Positions 1-10,037 are shown, counted from the stretch's first letter. The stretch is 64,000 nt of DNA from Endomicrobiales bacterium (GCA_963794945.1 CAWCFT010000006.1:96001-160000); one strand, 5' to 3'. Program-made: numbers and translations. The notes: generated from the sequence alone by a model not told the origin.

Positions 1-456
1 CGTCAGGCGATTTCTGAGGGTGATATTTTCTTCCGCAACCGGAGCTGTAAAGCTGGGCCAGCCGGAACCGGAATCATATTTCTTGTCGGAACTGAAAAGG
101 TCTGTGCCGCACCTCGCACAGCGGTAGAGGCCTTTCTTTTTGTTATCATAGAATTTATTCGCAAACGGTTTTTCCGTGCCTTGCCTTACTGTTATGTAAT
201 ACTGCTCGGGGCTAAGCAGTGTTTTCCATTCGGCATCAGACTTTCTTACTATCGATACGTTCACGAACGCCTTTTTTTCCACGCTGTACACAGCGATTAT
301 TCCGTTGGGCGCGTTCCTGTCCCTTTGTCCGGATGAGTACATGGTTTTATAATACGCGAACAATATCGCTGCCAGCGCCAGGAATACCGCTGTGATAGCT
401 AATTTGAATTTTGCACCCGGTTTATTCGACCTGTATATTTCTGTGTTGTAGATCAT
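1..456 (-). CDS. msrB: Peptide-methionine (R)-S-oxide reductase with N-terminal membrane/signal segment (3' end truncated by window edge)
   Basis: Manual translation from ATG at 456 gives KSDAEWKTLLSPEQYYITVRQGTEKPF..GLYRCARCGTDLFSSDKKYDSGSGWPSF, the MsrB signature. Absent from the ORF track because it runs off the edge. Confidence 0.92.
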   Translation of the reverse strand, partial: MIYNTEIYRSNKPGAKFKLAITAVFLALAAILFAYYKTMYSSGQRDRNAPNGIIAVYSVEKKAFVNVSIVRKSDAEWKTLLSPEQYYITVRQGTEKPFANKFYDNKKKGLYRCARCGTDLFSSDKKYDSGSGWPSFTAPVAEENITLRNRLT

Positions 457-487
457 AAATAACCGTCCCCGGCATTACTGCAGAGAT

Positions 488-2044
488 TTACTTAACAGTG
501 ATTTTGTTGATAACCTTTTTCGCGCCCCCCTCGTAGGCGTACCTGGTAGCTTTATTGAACTCGAACCAGCTGTCTACGCTGCCGGTAAGCGTCGCGACGC
601 CGTCAGTAACCTGCACGTTTATCTCGTTGCGGTTCAGCCACGTGCTCCATAGTATATTTTCTTCGATATTTTGTTTGACCTCCGCGTCGTTGACGTAAGG
701 CCACGTGGAGTAGTAGTAAGGCGCACGGTACCCGTCCCAGTAAGAATAGTAGGGCGTATAGTTCCAGTCGGGGTCGTAGTTTAGATCGTAATAGGGCAGG
801 CCGGGGTAGTTTACCGCCAGGTTGTTTTTTACGTTCAGCGCTCCGTTCGCCCTGGAAGCGATATCGTCCGCCTGGGCTTTCTCATACTCAGTGTCAACTG
901 TGCCGCTTAGAGTGACTATGCCGTTCTTCGCTTTCACGTTTATATCGTAACCGTCAATAACGGCGTCGCGTAGGAGGGCCGTGGACACTTCCCTGGCAAG
1001 GGCGTCATCCGCCACCGTCCCGGACGGGTGGATCTTAAGCAGGTTTTTCACACGCTGAACACCCACGGTGTTCATAGCGTCCTGTTCGGCGGCGCGCCTC
1101 GCCTTAAGGTTATCGACCCAACCGCTGAGCGTTACGATGCAGTTTTCCACATCTACCCTTGTATTGAACGGTTCCACCCGCGGGTCATATACAAGCTCGT
1201 CGTGGACGGCCTGTTTAATCTGCTCATCGCTTTTGATAGCCTCTTTGCGCTGGCCTTTAAGCCTGTCCCATGGCTCTATCTTCAGCCCCTCGGCATTCAC
1301 ACGGCTCACCCCGGCGGTCCAGGCAAGCCCGATGGCGCGGCTTCGCTGCGCCGAGCTTCCCACCACGCCGGTCAGAGTCACTACGCCGTCTTTGACGTTC
1401 GTCACGATCACACACTGTTCCAGCCACACATCGATGGCTATAGCGTTTTGCACCTCGTCGGCGATCACCTTATCAGGCCGTTCGCTAATAACCTTAACTG
1501 CAATGCTGTCTTTCACATCCCTTACGCCGCTCACACCAGCGGCGGTGTTCAGGATGAGCCGCTTCTCGCGATACGACTGCGCCGTTCCTCCGAGCGTTAC
1601 GACACCGTCTTTAACGGCCGGCTCGAATTTGTATGATTTTGTCGCGGGATCATACAGCAAAGCCAGTTTAACATCCCTCGCTATTTCGTCGTCGGCCCTG
1701 GGCGTGGGTTTTACAACTATGGTATTTACCACCCCGCGCACTCCGCTTACGGTCTCGGCTAGAGCGGCAGCCCGCTCTTTTGCCATCAGGTTATTAGTTG
1801 CGCCGGAAAGCGTGACAATCCCAAAGCCCACTTCAGTATTTATCTGGTTGTCCCTCAGTTCAGGGTCGACAAGGAACATGTGGTCTACGGCGTTCGTTAT
1901 CTGCTGATCGGTCATCGGCACGGCTAAACAGTCTGCTGGCGCCAAGCATATACAAACACCCGAAACGAATACCATTATCGCTCTCAGGTATATTTGCCGG
2001 CTGTATAAAATACAGCTTGATACCGTTTTTATTTCACTTAGCAT
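488..2044 (-). CDS. Multi-BON domain (OsmY-like) periplasmic protein
   Basis: About six repeats of D..I...V...L....I.V.V.NG.VTL.G.V......A...A....GV..V.N.L.V; GGAG RBS upstream. Confidence 0.9.
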   Translation of the reverse strand: MLSEIKTVSSCILYSRQIYLRAIMVFVSGVCICLAPADCLAVPMTDQQITNAVDHMFLVDPELRDNQINTEVGFGIVTLSGATNNLMAKERAAALAETVSGVRGVVNTIVVKPTPRADDEIARDVKLALLYDPATKSYKFEPAVKDGVVTLGGTAQSYREKRLILNTAAGVSGVRDVKDSIAVKVISERPDKVIADEVQNAIAIDVWLEQCVIVTNVKDGVVTLTGVVGSSAQRSRAIGLAWTAGVSRVNAEGLKIEPWDRLKGQRKEAIKSDEQIKQAVHDELVYDPRVEPFNTRVDVENCIVTLSGWVDNLKARRAAEQDAMNTVGVQRVKNLLKIHPSGTVADDALAREVSTALLRDAVIDGYDINVKAKNGIVTLSGTVDTEYEKAQADDIASRANGALNVKNNLAVNYPGLPYYDLNYDPDWNYTPYYSYWDGYRAPYYYSTWPYVNDAEVKQNIEENILWSTWLNRNEINVQVTDGVATLTGSVDSWFEFNKATRYAYEGGAKKVINKITVK

Positions 2045-2168
2045 GGCAGGCTCCTTTATCTTTTCAACCGGCGGGGCAATATTGATATTATTTTAACTTG
2101 TTTGGTGTTATTAAATGATGACGAATATCGCATTAATACTAACCTAAAGTATGAAAATGTAAAATGAT

Positions 2169-2215
2169 AAAAAAACCACCTGTTTGCTGTCATTATTGCG
2201 ACAGCGAACAGGTGG
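2169..2215 (-). terminator. Intrinsic terminator downstream of thioredoxin
   Basis: Long stem CCACCTGTTTGCTGTC / GACAGCGAACAGGTGG next to an A7 run (U-tract on minus strand). Confidence 0.6.
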
Positions 2216-2307
2216 CTATTCAAGGCTAATGTTCTGCGGCACTTGCCTTAGCAGTGTTCAGGCTGAGTGCTCTTATTTTTTTGGCGCTTCCCGGCCGTCA
2301 TTTTCCT

Positions 2308-2667
2308 TCATTTGGATTCTTTTAAAAGTATTTCTTTTATGGACTTAACGAACGATTCTTTCGGAAGCGCGCCTACCTGCATCTGCGGTTTGCCTTTTTT
2401 GGGGACGAACAGGATGCTCGGTATACTGCTGATGCCGAACACGCCGGCGAGCTCGCTTTCTTTGTCGGTATCTATCTTATAGATGTTTATCTTGCCTTTG
2501 TATTCGTTAGACAGTGTCTCGAGTATCGGGCTCACCATCTGACAAGGGCCGCACCAGTTTGCGTAGAAGTCTATGATGCAGGGCAGATCGCCTGCGAAAA
2601 CCCATTCCTTATTTTTCTCAAAATCGTACACCTTGGCCTTGAATGTTTCCTTTGTTAAGAACTCCAT
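2308..2667 (-). CDS. trxA: Thioredoxin
   Basis: DFYANWCGPC active site, SIPS cis-Pro motif, GGAG RBS. Confidence 0.95.
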   Translation of the reverse strand: MEFLTKETFKAKVYDFEKNKEWVFAGDLPCIIDFYANWCGPCQMVSPILETLSNEYKGKINIYKIDTDKESELAGVFGISSIPSILFVPKKGKPQMQVGALPKESFVKSIKEILLKESK

Positions 2668-2707
2668 ATTTACTCCTCCTTTGAGATTGTTGAAAACCTC
2701 AGCAATC

Positions 2708-2800
2708 TCTGATTACACGGATTTTACAATGATTACATAGATTAAGGCTTGTAGGTGTTAGGTGTATCTGTGTAATCTGCCTTAATAATCTGAGTAATCA
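2708..2800. repeat. Intergenic imperfect palindromic element (GATTACACGGATT...ATCTGTGTAATC type)
   Basis: Two GATTACA(C/T)(G/A)GATT units followed by two inverse ATCTG(T/A)GTAATC units. Confidence 0.55.
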
Positions 2801-2834
2801 AGACCGTTGATGACTTTTTCAACGGTCTATATTT

Positions 2835-3104
2835 TTAACCTTTTAGCGCGGCTATCAGATTTTCTATCCTCTTATCCTTTATGCAGTAGTGGGATTTCAC
2901 GCCGTCTTTCTGCGGCACAAGAATATGCGCGTGCCGAAGTTTCGCCAGGTGCTGGGACACGGTTGACTGCGGCAGCTTCAGCTTGCTTACTATCTTATTG
3001 ACGTTGCACTTTCCGTTTGCCAGCAGGCCTATGACTATCTTAAGCCTTATCGGGTGCCCCAGCGCCTTTAACGCTTCACTATCTTTTTTGAGATCGATCG
3101 CCAT
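2835..3104 (-). CDS. ArsR/SmtB family transcriptional regulator
   Basis: LKALGHPIRLKI..CNVNKI..LPQSTVSQHLAKLR winged HTH. Start moved to ATG 3104 behind AAAGGAG. Confidence 0.93.
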   Translation of the reverse strand: MAIDLKKDSEALKALGHPIRLKIVIGLLANGKCNVNKIVSKLKLPQSTVSQHLAKLRHAHILVPQKDGVKSHYCIKDKRIENLIAALKG

Positions 3105-3310
3105 ATGCTCTCCTTTCCGATTATTTTGATCGCGTTGGCAGGGCAAGCCCTCTCGCAGCCCGCCAAACGGTCGCACTTTGTTTCGTCCGTCACGGCGCAT
3201 TTCTTTGTTTTCTTGTCCAGGTAGAGTATGCGCTGGGGGCACATCGAAACGCACAACCCGCATCCGGTGCACCGTTCTTTGTCGATATCCACTATTTTCG
3301 CGTCATTCAC
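3068..3310 (-). CDS. 2x[4Fe-4S]-type ferredoxin
   Basis: CTGCGLCVSMCP and variant CDRLAGCERACP motifs; GTG start at 3310 with GGAGG RBS. Confidence 0.88.
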   Translation of the reverse strand: MNDAKIVDIDKERCTGCGLCVSMCPQRILYLDKKTKKCAVTDETKCDRLAGCERACPANAIKIIGKESIWRSISKKIVKR

Positions 3311-3338
3311 GCAAGCCTCCTCATATTTGTATAACCAT

Positions 3339-3367
3339 ATATTACAATAATACGATATATATGTCAA
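3339..3367 (-). promoter_or_regulatory. Sigma70-type promoter for ferredoxin-arsR, overlapping an imperfect ATATAT palindrome (candidate ArsR operator)
   Basis: TTGACA (3367-3362), 17 bp spacer, TAATAT; ATATAT..ATATAT arms lie across the spacer and -10. Confidence 0.55.
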
Positions 3368-3396
3368 GGGGCTTTAATTTAGTATAATGTAGCAAT

Positions 3397-4359
3397 ATGA
3401 GAGACGATATATTCAATGACCTCTTTGTTGTCCGCGGGAACCGCGTCAGGCAGGTATTGTTTTTACTTGGCCTGCTATTTTGCTGTTCGCCGTATTCCTC
3501 GCCACCCATAGCGCTGGCGCTGGGCCTCGCGCTCGCGCTTACGGTCGGGCATCCCTACAAAAAGCACAACAGCAAGGTGACCAAATACCTCCTGCAGATC
3601 TCCGTGGTCGGGCTTGGCTTCGGCTTAAATTTCGGTGAGGTTATAAAGGCAGGCAGAACGGGTGTGATGTTCACGGTTGTGTCGATATTCGGGACTCTGG
3701 CCCTGGGATACGTAATGGGCAAGCTCCTTGTGGTAAACAAAAATATATCCCGTCTTATATCGATAGGAACGGCCATTTGCGGCGGGAGCGCCATTGCCGC
3801 GCTGGCCCCTATAATCAACGCAAGCGAAAACGAGATATCCATATCACTCGGCACTGTTTTTATACTGAACTCGGTGGCGCTCTTTCTCTTCCCGCCCATA
3901 GGCCACCTGCTGGGGCTTACGCAAAACCAGTTCGGCGTATGGTCGGCTATCGCGATCCACGATACAAGCTCTGTCGTTGGAGCCGCGGCAAAATACGGCA
4001 TTGAGGCACTTCGGATAGCTACGACGGTTAAACTCACAAGGGCTCTCTGGATAGTTCCGCTGTCGCTGATTGCGGCGGTCATCTATAAGAACAAGACCGC
4101 GAAAGTGTCGCCGCCGTATTTTATCTTATTCTTTGTACTGGCGTTGGTCGCGGTCATGCTTCTTCCGGGTTTCGGCCCCGTTTACAGTTCGCTTGTGCAG
4201 ATAGCGAAAATAGGTTTGACTATCACTCTCTTCCTCATAGGCGCTGGGCTCTCGCGCGAAACCCTGAAGGTGGTCGGGATAAAACCCGTGCTTCTGGGCG
4301 CCATCCTCTGGATGATCATATCCGTTACAGCCCTGCTGGCTGTCAAGGGTATCCTCTAA
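3397..4359 (+). CDS. YeiH / putative sulfate exporter (PSE) family membrane protein
   Basis: GTAICGGSAIAA, AIHDTSSVVGAA and TTVKLTRALWIVP motifs; about 10 TM segments. Confidence 0.92.
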   Translation: MRDDIFNDLFVVRGNRVRQVLFLLGLLFCCSPYSSPPIALALGLALALTVGHPYKKHNSKVTKYLLQISVVGLGFGLNFGEVIKAGRTGVMFTVVSIFGTLALGYVMGKLLVVNKNISRLISIGTAICGGSAIAALAPIINASENEISISLGTVFILNSVALFLFPPIGHLLGLTQNQFGVWSAIAIHDTSSVVGAAAKYGIEALRIATTVKLTRALWIVPLSLIAAVIYKNKTAKVSPPYFILFFVLALVAVMLLPGFGPVYSSLVQIAKIGLTITLFLIGAGLSRETLKVVGIKPVLLGAILWMIISVTALLAVKGIL

Positions 4360-4370
4360 GCTTATGCTTC

Positions 4371-4826
4371 TTATACCACAGCCGGCACCTTTATTCCCAA
4401 CTGCGAAAGTATACCCGGAAGCCCGGCATTGGCCACTATCTCAACTTTGAAAGATGTTATTTTGCCGTTCTTAAAGGTGACATCCACTTTTTCTTCCGGC
4501 AGAGAGAACTTCTTGTTGGTCGCCTGTACCGAGCGTATGCCCATAAGCGGCAGGTTAAGCTCTTTTAAGTGGGTCCCGGAGATCCTGACCTTAAGACTGA
4601 CATTTTCCCCGCTCTCCTTGAAATCATGGGCGTTAAACGACCAGTCCGGTATGGCGCTGACCAGCGCCTGGTGCAGCTCCAAAAACCCCTTCTTATCAAC
4701 TGGTTCGGGCGTGGGGCCCGAGAACTTAAACTCATCCGTCAGGTAAATGCCGGCCCTACCCCACACCCCCCGCTCAATAGCAGAAAATAACTGCTTTAAT
4801 AATTCCGTGTTCGTTTCATACATCAT
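4371..4826 (-). CDS. SnoaL-like / ester cyclase (NTF2 fold) protein
   Basis: YLTDEFKF..F......L..AIPDWSF....SGTH..L pattern; start at ATG 4826 behind GGAGG. Confidence 0.75.
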   Translation of the reverse strand: MMYETNTELLKQLFSAIERGVWGRAGIYLTDEFKFSGPTPEPVDKKGFLELHQALVSAIPDWSFNAHDFKESGENVSLKVRISGTHLKELNLPLMGIRSVQATNKKFSLPEEKVDVTFKNGKITSFKVEIVANAGLPGILSQLGIKVPAVV

Positions 4827-4861
4827 AAAGCCTCCCTTGTGCTGCACCCGGCAGTGTTTCA

Positions 4862-5113
4862 TCACCGGCCCTTTGTGAAAGTTTTGACGCCGGCCCCAAC
4901 CGCGTCCTGGACGCGTCCCGCCTCTTTGAGCACCTTGTCTTTTGTCTTCGATACCAGGTCCTCGGCGTCGCCCACCAGCTCTTCTTCCAGGTCAAATATT
5001 TTTTTTCGAGTCTCTTTTCCCGAAGCCGGCGCGTAGATAATGGCCAGGCCCGCGCCCGCTAGGGCCCCGACGATCAAAGCCAGGAAAATATTCATTGTGT
5101 TTCTAGAAAACAT
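4862..5113 (-). CDS. YtxH domain protein
   Basis: GALAGAGLAIIYAPASGKETRKKI signature. Confidence 0.85.
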   Translation of the reverse strand: MFSRNTMNIFLALIVGALAGAGLAIIYAPASGKETRKKIFDLEEELVGDAEDLVSKTKDKVLKEAGRVQDAVGAGVKTFTKGR

Positions 5114-5226
5114 ATAGGCCTCCTTTTTAGCCTGTTTTATAAGTATATTTTGCAATATTCATATGTATAATAGAATAGGCTGATTCGTTTTTTTCCTGTT
5201 ATTTTTCTTCCGGCTTTAAAATCGGG

Positions 5227-5859
5227 TTAGCTTGATGGCGTAAGCAATCTGCGCGCGATATCGGAGGCGACATCAATATCGGAGAGTTCGGGAGAGAAAC
5301 AGACCTTACGGCCGTTACGTTTGAATATTTCCAGCGTTTTGCTCAGCACGGAAGAAGTGCTCCATTTAATCCCGGTAAAAGCGCCTGGCAGGAATCTTTC
5401 TTTTTTAAAACCTATTAAATAGTATCCGCCGTCTTTCGCCGGGCCGATTATCGAACCGCTCCTTCCCAGTTCCTTTAAGGCGCCGTTAAGCAGTCCCGAG
5501 GAAATATCCGGTATATCGCAGCCTATCAATAACGCTTTGCCGTATCCAGAAGCAAAAACGCTTTTAAAAGCGTTTTTCATTTTTACGCCGAGGCCCCGTC
5601 CTTTTTGCGGCATATATCTTTCGCCTTTACCGAGCCATTTTATAAAGGCCGACAGCGAACGGGAAGGAGAATAACAGATAAAAATATCTTTACCGGATTT
5701 TCGGGCCTTATTCAGCGTCGATACAACCATCGTTTTGTAGAGTTCGCAAGCCTGCTCTTTGCCGAGTGGCGGCACAAGCCTCGTCTTGACCTTGCCCGGT
5801 GAGGGGTACTTGGTAAAAATAATTATGCACTCTCTTTGAGCAGGCAAAATCGGTTTCAA
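5227..5859 (-). CDS. TIGR04282/DUF2064 family glycosyltransferase (arsenosugar-associated)
   Basis: FTKYPSPGKVKTRL, QKGRGLG.KM, IGCDIP, GPAKDGGYYLIG, WSTSSV, DID motifs; TTG start overlaps arsS stop (TTGA). Confidence 0.9.
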   Translation of the reverse strand: MKPILPAQRECIIIFTKYPSPGKVKTRLVPPLGKEQACELYKTMVVSTLNKARKSGKDIFICYSPSRSLSAFIKWLGKGERYMPQKGRGLGVKMKNAFKSVFASGYGKALLIGCDIPDISSGLLNGALKELGRSGSIIGPAKDGGYYLIGFKKERFLPGAFTGIKWSTSSVLSKTLEIFKRNGRKVCFSPELSDIDVASDIARRLLTPSS

Positions 5860-6863
5860 CCGGTGGCCCCCTGGCACGAAGAACCGCTGCCCGCCGTGCA
5901 CCCGTAACAGTGGTTGTGGGTCACTATCTCTCTGCCCTCAAGCCCGGCCTCATCGAACTCGAACACGGTGGAACATTTTCTGCACGATACGCCGAGGCCC
6001 AGCATCTGGTTAAAATCGCAGTCGTAAAGCCGCCCGTCCCATGACACTGAGACCATCGCCTTGCACATAACTTTCTCGGCCGCCAGCGGGTTGTAGCTGC
6101 CGGCAAGCTCCAGCATGTAATCGCCTGTATTGTCCGTTTCCTGCAGGTAATCGAAATACCGCCCGACCGGCATGTTGGTTATGCAAAAAAGGCTGTTGAA
6201 CTCTATGCCGTGCTCGTTCCTGAGCCGCGCGCGGTAGTCGCGCTCAAGCGCCTTCTGGTCGCCCGGAAGGTACGCCCCGGCCGGGTTGTGGGCAATGTCC
6301 AGGACGAGTTTTTTGTCGCACCCGTATCCCTTGCCGTTGAGTGTCTTTATCGCCCGCACAACTTTGCTATATACGTCTTTTCCCCTCTGCCGGCCGGTCT
6401 TATCGCCGCCGCAATCGGGCAGAGAGGCGCACACCTCAACCCCTCCGCCCGCGTAAACGTTTGCGAACCCCTCGTACTCTTTTTCAGTCAGGATCGCCAG
6501 GTTCGAGCGGACGATGAGCCTCTTGCCGCACTTCGAGGCCCTTTCGATGAACCATTTGAGGTTCGGATTCATCTCAGGCGCTCCGCCGGTTATATCAACA
6601 GTGTTTACCGAGCGCGAAGAACCTATTATATCGAGACACTTTTCGAGAACTTTCCGGCCCATCGTCTCGGACCTGCCGGGCCCGGCGTCCACGTGGCAGT
6701 GCCTGCAATAGAGGTTGCACCTCTTGCCGATGTTCATCTGCAGCACCTCGACTTTTCCGGCCCTGAGCGGGTACTTGTCAGTGGCTCTCAGTTTGTCTTC
6801 GAAATCTTCCAGCCCGCAAGACTCGCGGAGCGCGGCAAGATGGCTGATAGTATTCATTTTCAC
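5856..6863 (-). CDS. arsS: Arsenosugar biosynthesis radical SAM protein (TIGR04167 / DUF3641 type)
   Basis: LQMNIGKRCNLYCRHCHV (CxxxCxxC), DITGGAPEMNP, YDCDFNQML and C-terminal HCYGCTAGSGSSC. Confidence 0.93.
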   Translation of the reverse strand: MKMNTISHLAALRESCGLEDFEDKLRATDKYPLRAGKVEVLQMNIGKRCNLYCRHCHVDAGPGRSETMGRKVLEKCLDIIGSSRSVNTVDITGGAPEMNPNLKWFIERASKCGKRLIVRSNLAILTEKEYEGFANVYAGGGVEVCASLPDCGGDKTGRQRGKDVYSKVVRAIKTLNGKGYGCDKKLVLDIAHNPAGAYLPGDQKALERDYRARLRNEHGIEFNSLFCITNMPVGRYFDYLQETDNTGDYMLELAGSYNPLAAEKVMCKAMVSVSWDGRLYDCDFNQMLGLGVSCRKCSTVFEFDEAGLEGREIVTHNHCYGCTAGSGSSCQGATG

Positions 6864-6873
6864 CCCGTCTATT

Positions 6874-7206
6874 TTACATAGCCTTCTTTTTTATTATCTT
6901 TCGCATCTGCGTCGAGTGGGCGAGCGCCATGCCCGCGAGCATCACCGCGCCGACGTGCACGGACTCCATCATCTCATCGTTGGTCACGCCGAGCGACATA
7001 CACTTGTTAGTGTAGGCGTCTATGCAGTATGGGCAGTGCAGGGCGGTCGCGACCGAAAGCGCGATCAGCGACTTTTCCCGCTCGCTGAGCTTCCCCGCGG
7101 CAGTCGCCGCTGCGTAGTAATCAAAAAACTCCTTTCCCTGTTCCGGCGCGAACTCAGTGATGTTCCCGAAATCCGCGAGGTCTTTTTTCTCATAATACTC
7201 TGGCAT
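6874..7206 (-). CDS. Arsenosugar-associated peroxidase-like protein (AhpD/CMD family, TIGR04169 type)
   Basis: YY..DL..F..I, LSEREKSLIAL, CPYCIDAY; adjacent to arsS. Confidence 0.9.
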   Translation of the reverse strand: MPEYYEKKDLADFGNITEFAPEQGKEFFDYYAAATAAGKLSEREKSLIALSVATALHCPYCIDAYTNKCMSLGVTNDEMMESVHVGAVMLAGMALAHSTQMRKIIKKKAM

Positions 7207-7217
7207 AATGAGCTCCT

Positions 7218-7892
7218 TTACTTATAGTATTGCGCCAGCTTCTCCGGCGCAACTCCGAAATTGTACATAAGCTTTATCAGCTTGTTCCTAACTGTCGCCC
7301 GCAGGACACCTTCCTTCTCCCACCTGCGCGCCGAGGTCACGGCCTTGGAATCCACTATTGTCACGCTGCCTCCTGTTCTCTTTATTCTCTGCATTATCTC
7401 GACGTCTTCCATAAGCGGGATATCCATGTAGCCGCCGATGCTTTGAAAATATTTTTTGGTAAAGAACAAGGCCTGGTCGCCGTAAGGCATGGCGAAAAAC
7501 CTGGTTCTCAAGTTGGCGGTGAGGGCTATGAACTTGAGGATGGGGTTTTTTGTGTCTATATCGAGGCTGAACGCTCCCGCGCCGTTATACTTGAGCGCCT
7601 CTTCAATATCTGCGAAAGCTCCCGGCGGCAGCCTCGTGTCCGCGTGCAGGAACAAGAGCGCATCTCCTCCGGCCCTCAAGGCGCCGGCGTTCATTTGGCT
7701 GCCCCGGCCTGGCGCGGAGACCAGCCTGACAACTTTCCCGTCCGCGATGCTCTTAAGGGTCCGCGCGCCCGGCTCACCGTCGACAACTATTATCTCAAGC
7801 ACACCGCCGCCCGGCGCGTTCCTCAGCGCGGCTATGGCCGTGTTTATGATGTTGTGTTCGCCGTAAACAGGCATCACTACAGATATATTCAT
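7218..7892 (-). CDS. TIGR04283 family GT2 glycosyltransferase (arsenosugar-associated)
   Basis: GRGSQMNAGA, LFLHADTRLP, PYGDQALF, PLMEDVE, TSARRW motifs. Confidence 0.92.
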   Translation of the reverse strand: MNISVVMPVYGEHNIINTAIAALRNAPGGGVLEIIVVDGEPGARTLKSIADGKVVRLVSAPGRGSQMNAGALRAGGDALLFLHADTRLPPGAFADIEEALKYNGAGAFSLDIDTKNPILKFIALTANLRTRFFAMPYGDQALFFTKKYFQSIGGYMDIPLMEDVEIMQRIKRTGGSVTIVDSKAVTSARRWEKEGVLRATVRNKLIKLMYNFGVAPEKLAQYYK

Positions 7893-7893
7893 G

Positions 7894-9310
7894 TCACCTT
7901 AAAAAAAGCAGGTTAACGAGCATTTTCATCCAGGGTTTTAATTTCTTTTTAAGTATTTCGTACGCGGCCGAACCGTATATCTCGCTCTCGGTAGGGTACG
8001 GGAATATAACACCAGCGAAAACCGAGGCATGCATCTTCTTTTTTACGGCGAGCGCGGCCGTTCCTATCAGCTCGCCGGCCTTCTCGCCGACTATGGTGGC
8101 GCCTATAAGCCTCCGCCTTTACCCAGAACCAGTTTGATGAAACCGTCCGTATCCCCTTCGGATTTGGCGCGGTCGTTCTCGGCCAGCCTGTATTTGACGG
8201 CCTCCCTGAAAAGCCCCTCCTGTTTCGCCCATGTCTCGGTGTAGCCGACGTGCGCGGCCTCGGGTATAGTGAAGGTCGCCCAGGGCACGGACGAGTAGTC
8301 CGCCCTGGCGGGGAACGGCAGTATAATGTTCCTCACAACGATGCCCGCCTGGTAACCCGCCATGTGCGTGAACTGGAACGGGCCCGTGGCGTCGCCGCAC
8401 GCGAAAATATTTTTTACGTTCGTCCTCATGTGGGCGTCCGTGGGGATGTAGCCGTGCGTGTCCGTCTTTACGCCCGCTTTCTCGAGCCCCAGCCCTTTGG
8501 TGTCCGCCGTCCGGCCGAGGGCGACAAGAACCGCATCGCCGCTCACCTCTTTATTAATGCCGCCCCGCTCGAAGGAAACGGCGCGGCCAGCGCCCTCAGC
8601 CCGCACGCCGGTCACTTTGGCGCCGAGGTTGAAATCTATCCCCTCGCCGGACATTATGTTTTCCATGAGCGGGCCCACTTCGGGGTCGTCTCTATGAAAA
8701 AGCGACGGCTGAAGGTCTATTACGGAAACTTCCGAGCCCAGGTAGCGGAAACCCTGGCCAAGCTCCAGGCCTATAGGCCCGCCGCCCAGCACCACCAGGT
8801 GTTTGGGCAGGGTCTTAATGTCAAAAATGTTTTCGTTGGTAAGGTAAGGTATGCTGTTTAACCCCGGCACAGGAGGCACCAGGGGCTTGGAGCCGGAGGC
8901 TATGATAATATATTTCGCCGTGAGCGTTTTTTCGCCGGCGGTGACCGTGTGGTTGTCTATAAAGGCCGCTTCGCCGTAGATAACGTCCACACCCAGCGAG
9001 ATGAACCTCTCCCTTGAGTCGTGCGGGGCGATCGAAGCGATAACCGCGCGGACCCGTTCCATCACCCTGTTTATGTCCGCGCCTTCGAACGAGGCCTTAA
9101 TGCCGAACTCGCGCGCCCGTTTTACAAGCGCGGCGCGTGCGCGCTTTTGAGAAAGGTTTTGCTGGGCACACAGCCGGTGTTGAGGCACTCGCCGCCCATC
9201 GCGCTTTTTTCTATTAGGGCCACGCGCGCGCCGAAAGAGACGAGGCCGGAGGCTACCACCAGGCCAGCGCTGCCGCCTCCTATTATAACAGCGTGATAAT
9301 CGTATTTCAT
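7894..9310 (-). CDS. Mercuric-reductase-like FAD-dependent pyridine nucleotide-disulfide oxidoreductase (two apparent frameshifts near 9150 and 8110)
   Basis: GGGSAG and GGECLNTGCVPSK in ORF 9122-9361; GGGPIGLE and GDATGPFQFTH in ORF 8103-9188; third frame continues LIGATIVGEKAGELI..PYPTESE to TGA at 7894. No C-terminal Cys-Cys pair, so not true MerA. Confidence 0.85.
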
Positions 9311-9311
9311 G

Positions 9312-9972
9312 TTATTCTCCGCTTTCCTTTTTCTTAAGGTACGCCCGCGCGCGCCTGACAAGGATGACGAGCAGGACGCAGAAAACCGCGAACGCGGCGG
9401 CAGCCCCGCGCGGCGCTTTGCCTGAATATATCAGTTTCGCGGCGATGTCAGAGCCCGCGACATAGAGCACAGTGCCCGGCAGCATGCAGAGCCACGACCA
9501 GAAAATATAAGTCCCGAACTTTATTCGAGTTATGCCGAAAGCGTAGTTTAAGAGCGTGAAAGGGAACAGCGGGACAAGGCGGGTAACGGCCACTATAGCC
9601 GCGCCGTACTTTTCAGTTAACGCGCCGAGCCTCGCGAACTTTTCGCTATCCCCGAGCCATTTCTCTACGGATTCGCGCAGGAAATACCTCGCTATCAGAA
9701 AAGAGAGCGCCGCGCCCATCGTTGATGCCGCGCTTACGGTCAAAACCCCGAGCGCCGTTCCGAAGAGCGCCCCGGCAGCTATGGTCAGCGCCGAACCCGG
9801 GACAAGCGCCGTGACCGCCACAGCGTAAATTAGCGCGAACACCACCGGCCCCCAGAACCCCGAGGCCCTTTATAAAATCCCTGAGCTCCGCCAGCCTTTC
9901 GCCGAGGCCAAAAACGCGCGCGAAGTAAACGAACACGCACAGCGCCAATAATAGGATAACCGGTTTGATCAA
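9312..9972 (-). CDS. TVP38/TMEM64 (DedA/SNARE-associated) membrane protein, frameshift near 9850
   Basis: PGSALTIAAGALFG, RLVPLFPFTLLNYAFG, MLPGT motifs; N-terminus lies in another frame across a G-run. Confidence 0.88.
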
Positions 9973-10037
9973 GGCTGAGTATTTTTGTTTTATGGCAAAT
10001 CCCCTGAAAATACCACCAACGCGATATTATATATTAT

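Noticed and set aside
1028..1907. Plus-strand ORFs of 202 and 279 aa
   Set aside because: Shadows of the BON gene.
5856..5900. Selenocysteine read-through in arsS
   Set aside because: The motif position is a Cys codon; the TGA is the true stop and overlaps the next TTG start.
7894..9310. merA mercury resistance gene
   Set aside because: No C-terminal Cys-Cys, no NmerA domain and no mer operon; better called a MerA-like oxidoreductase.
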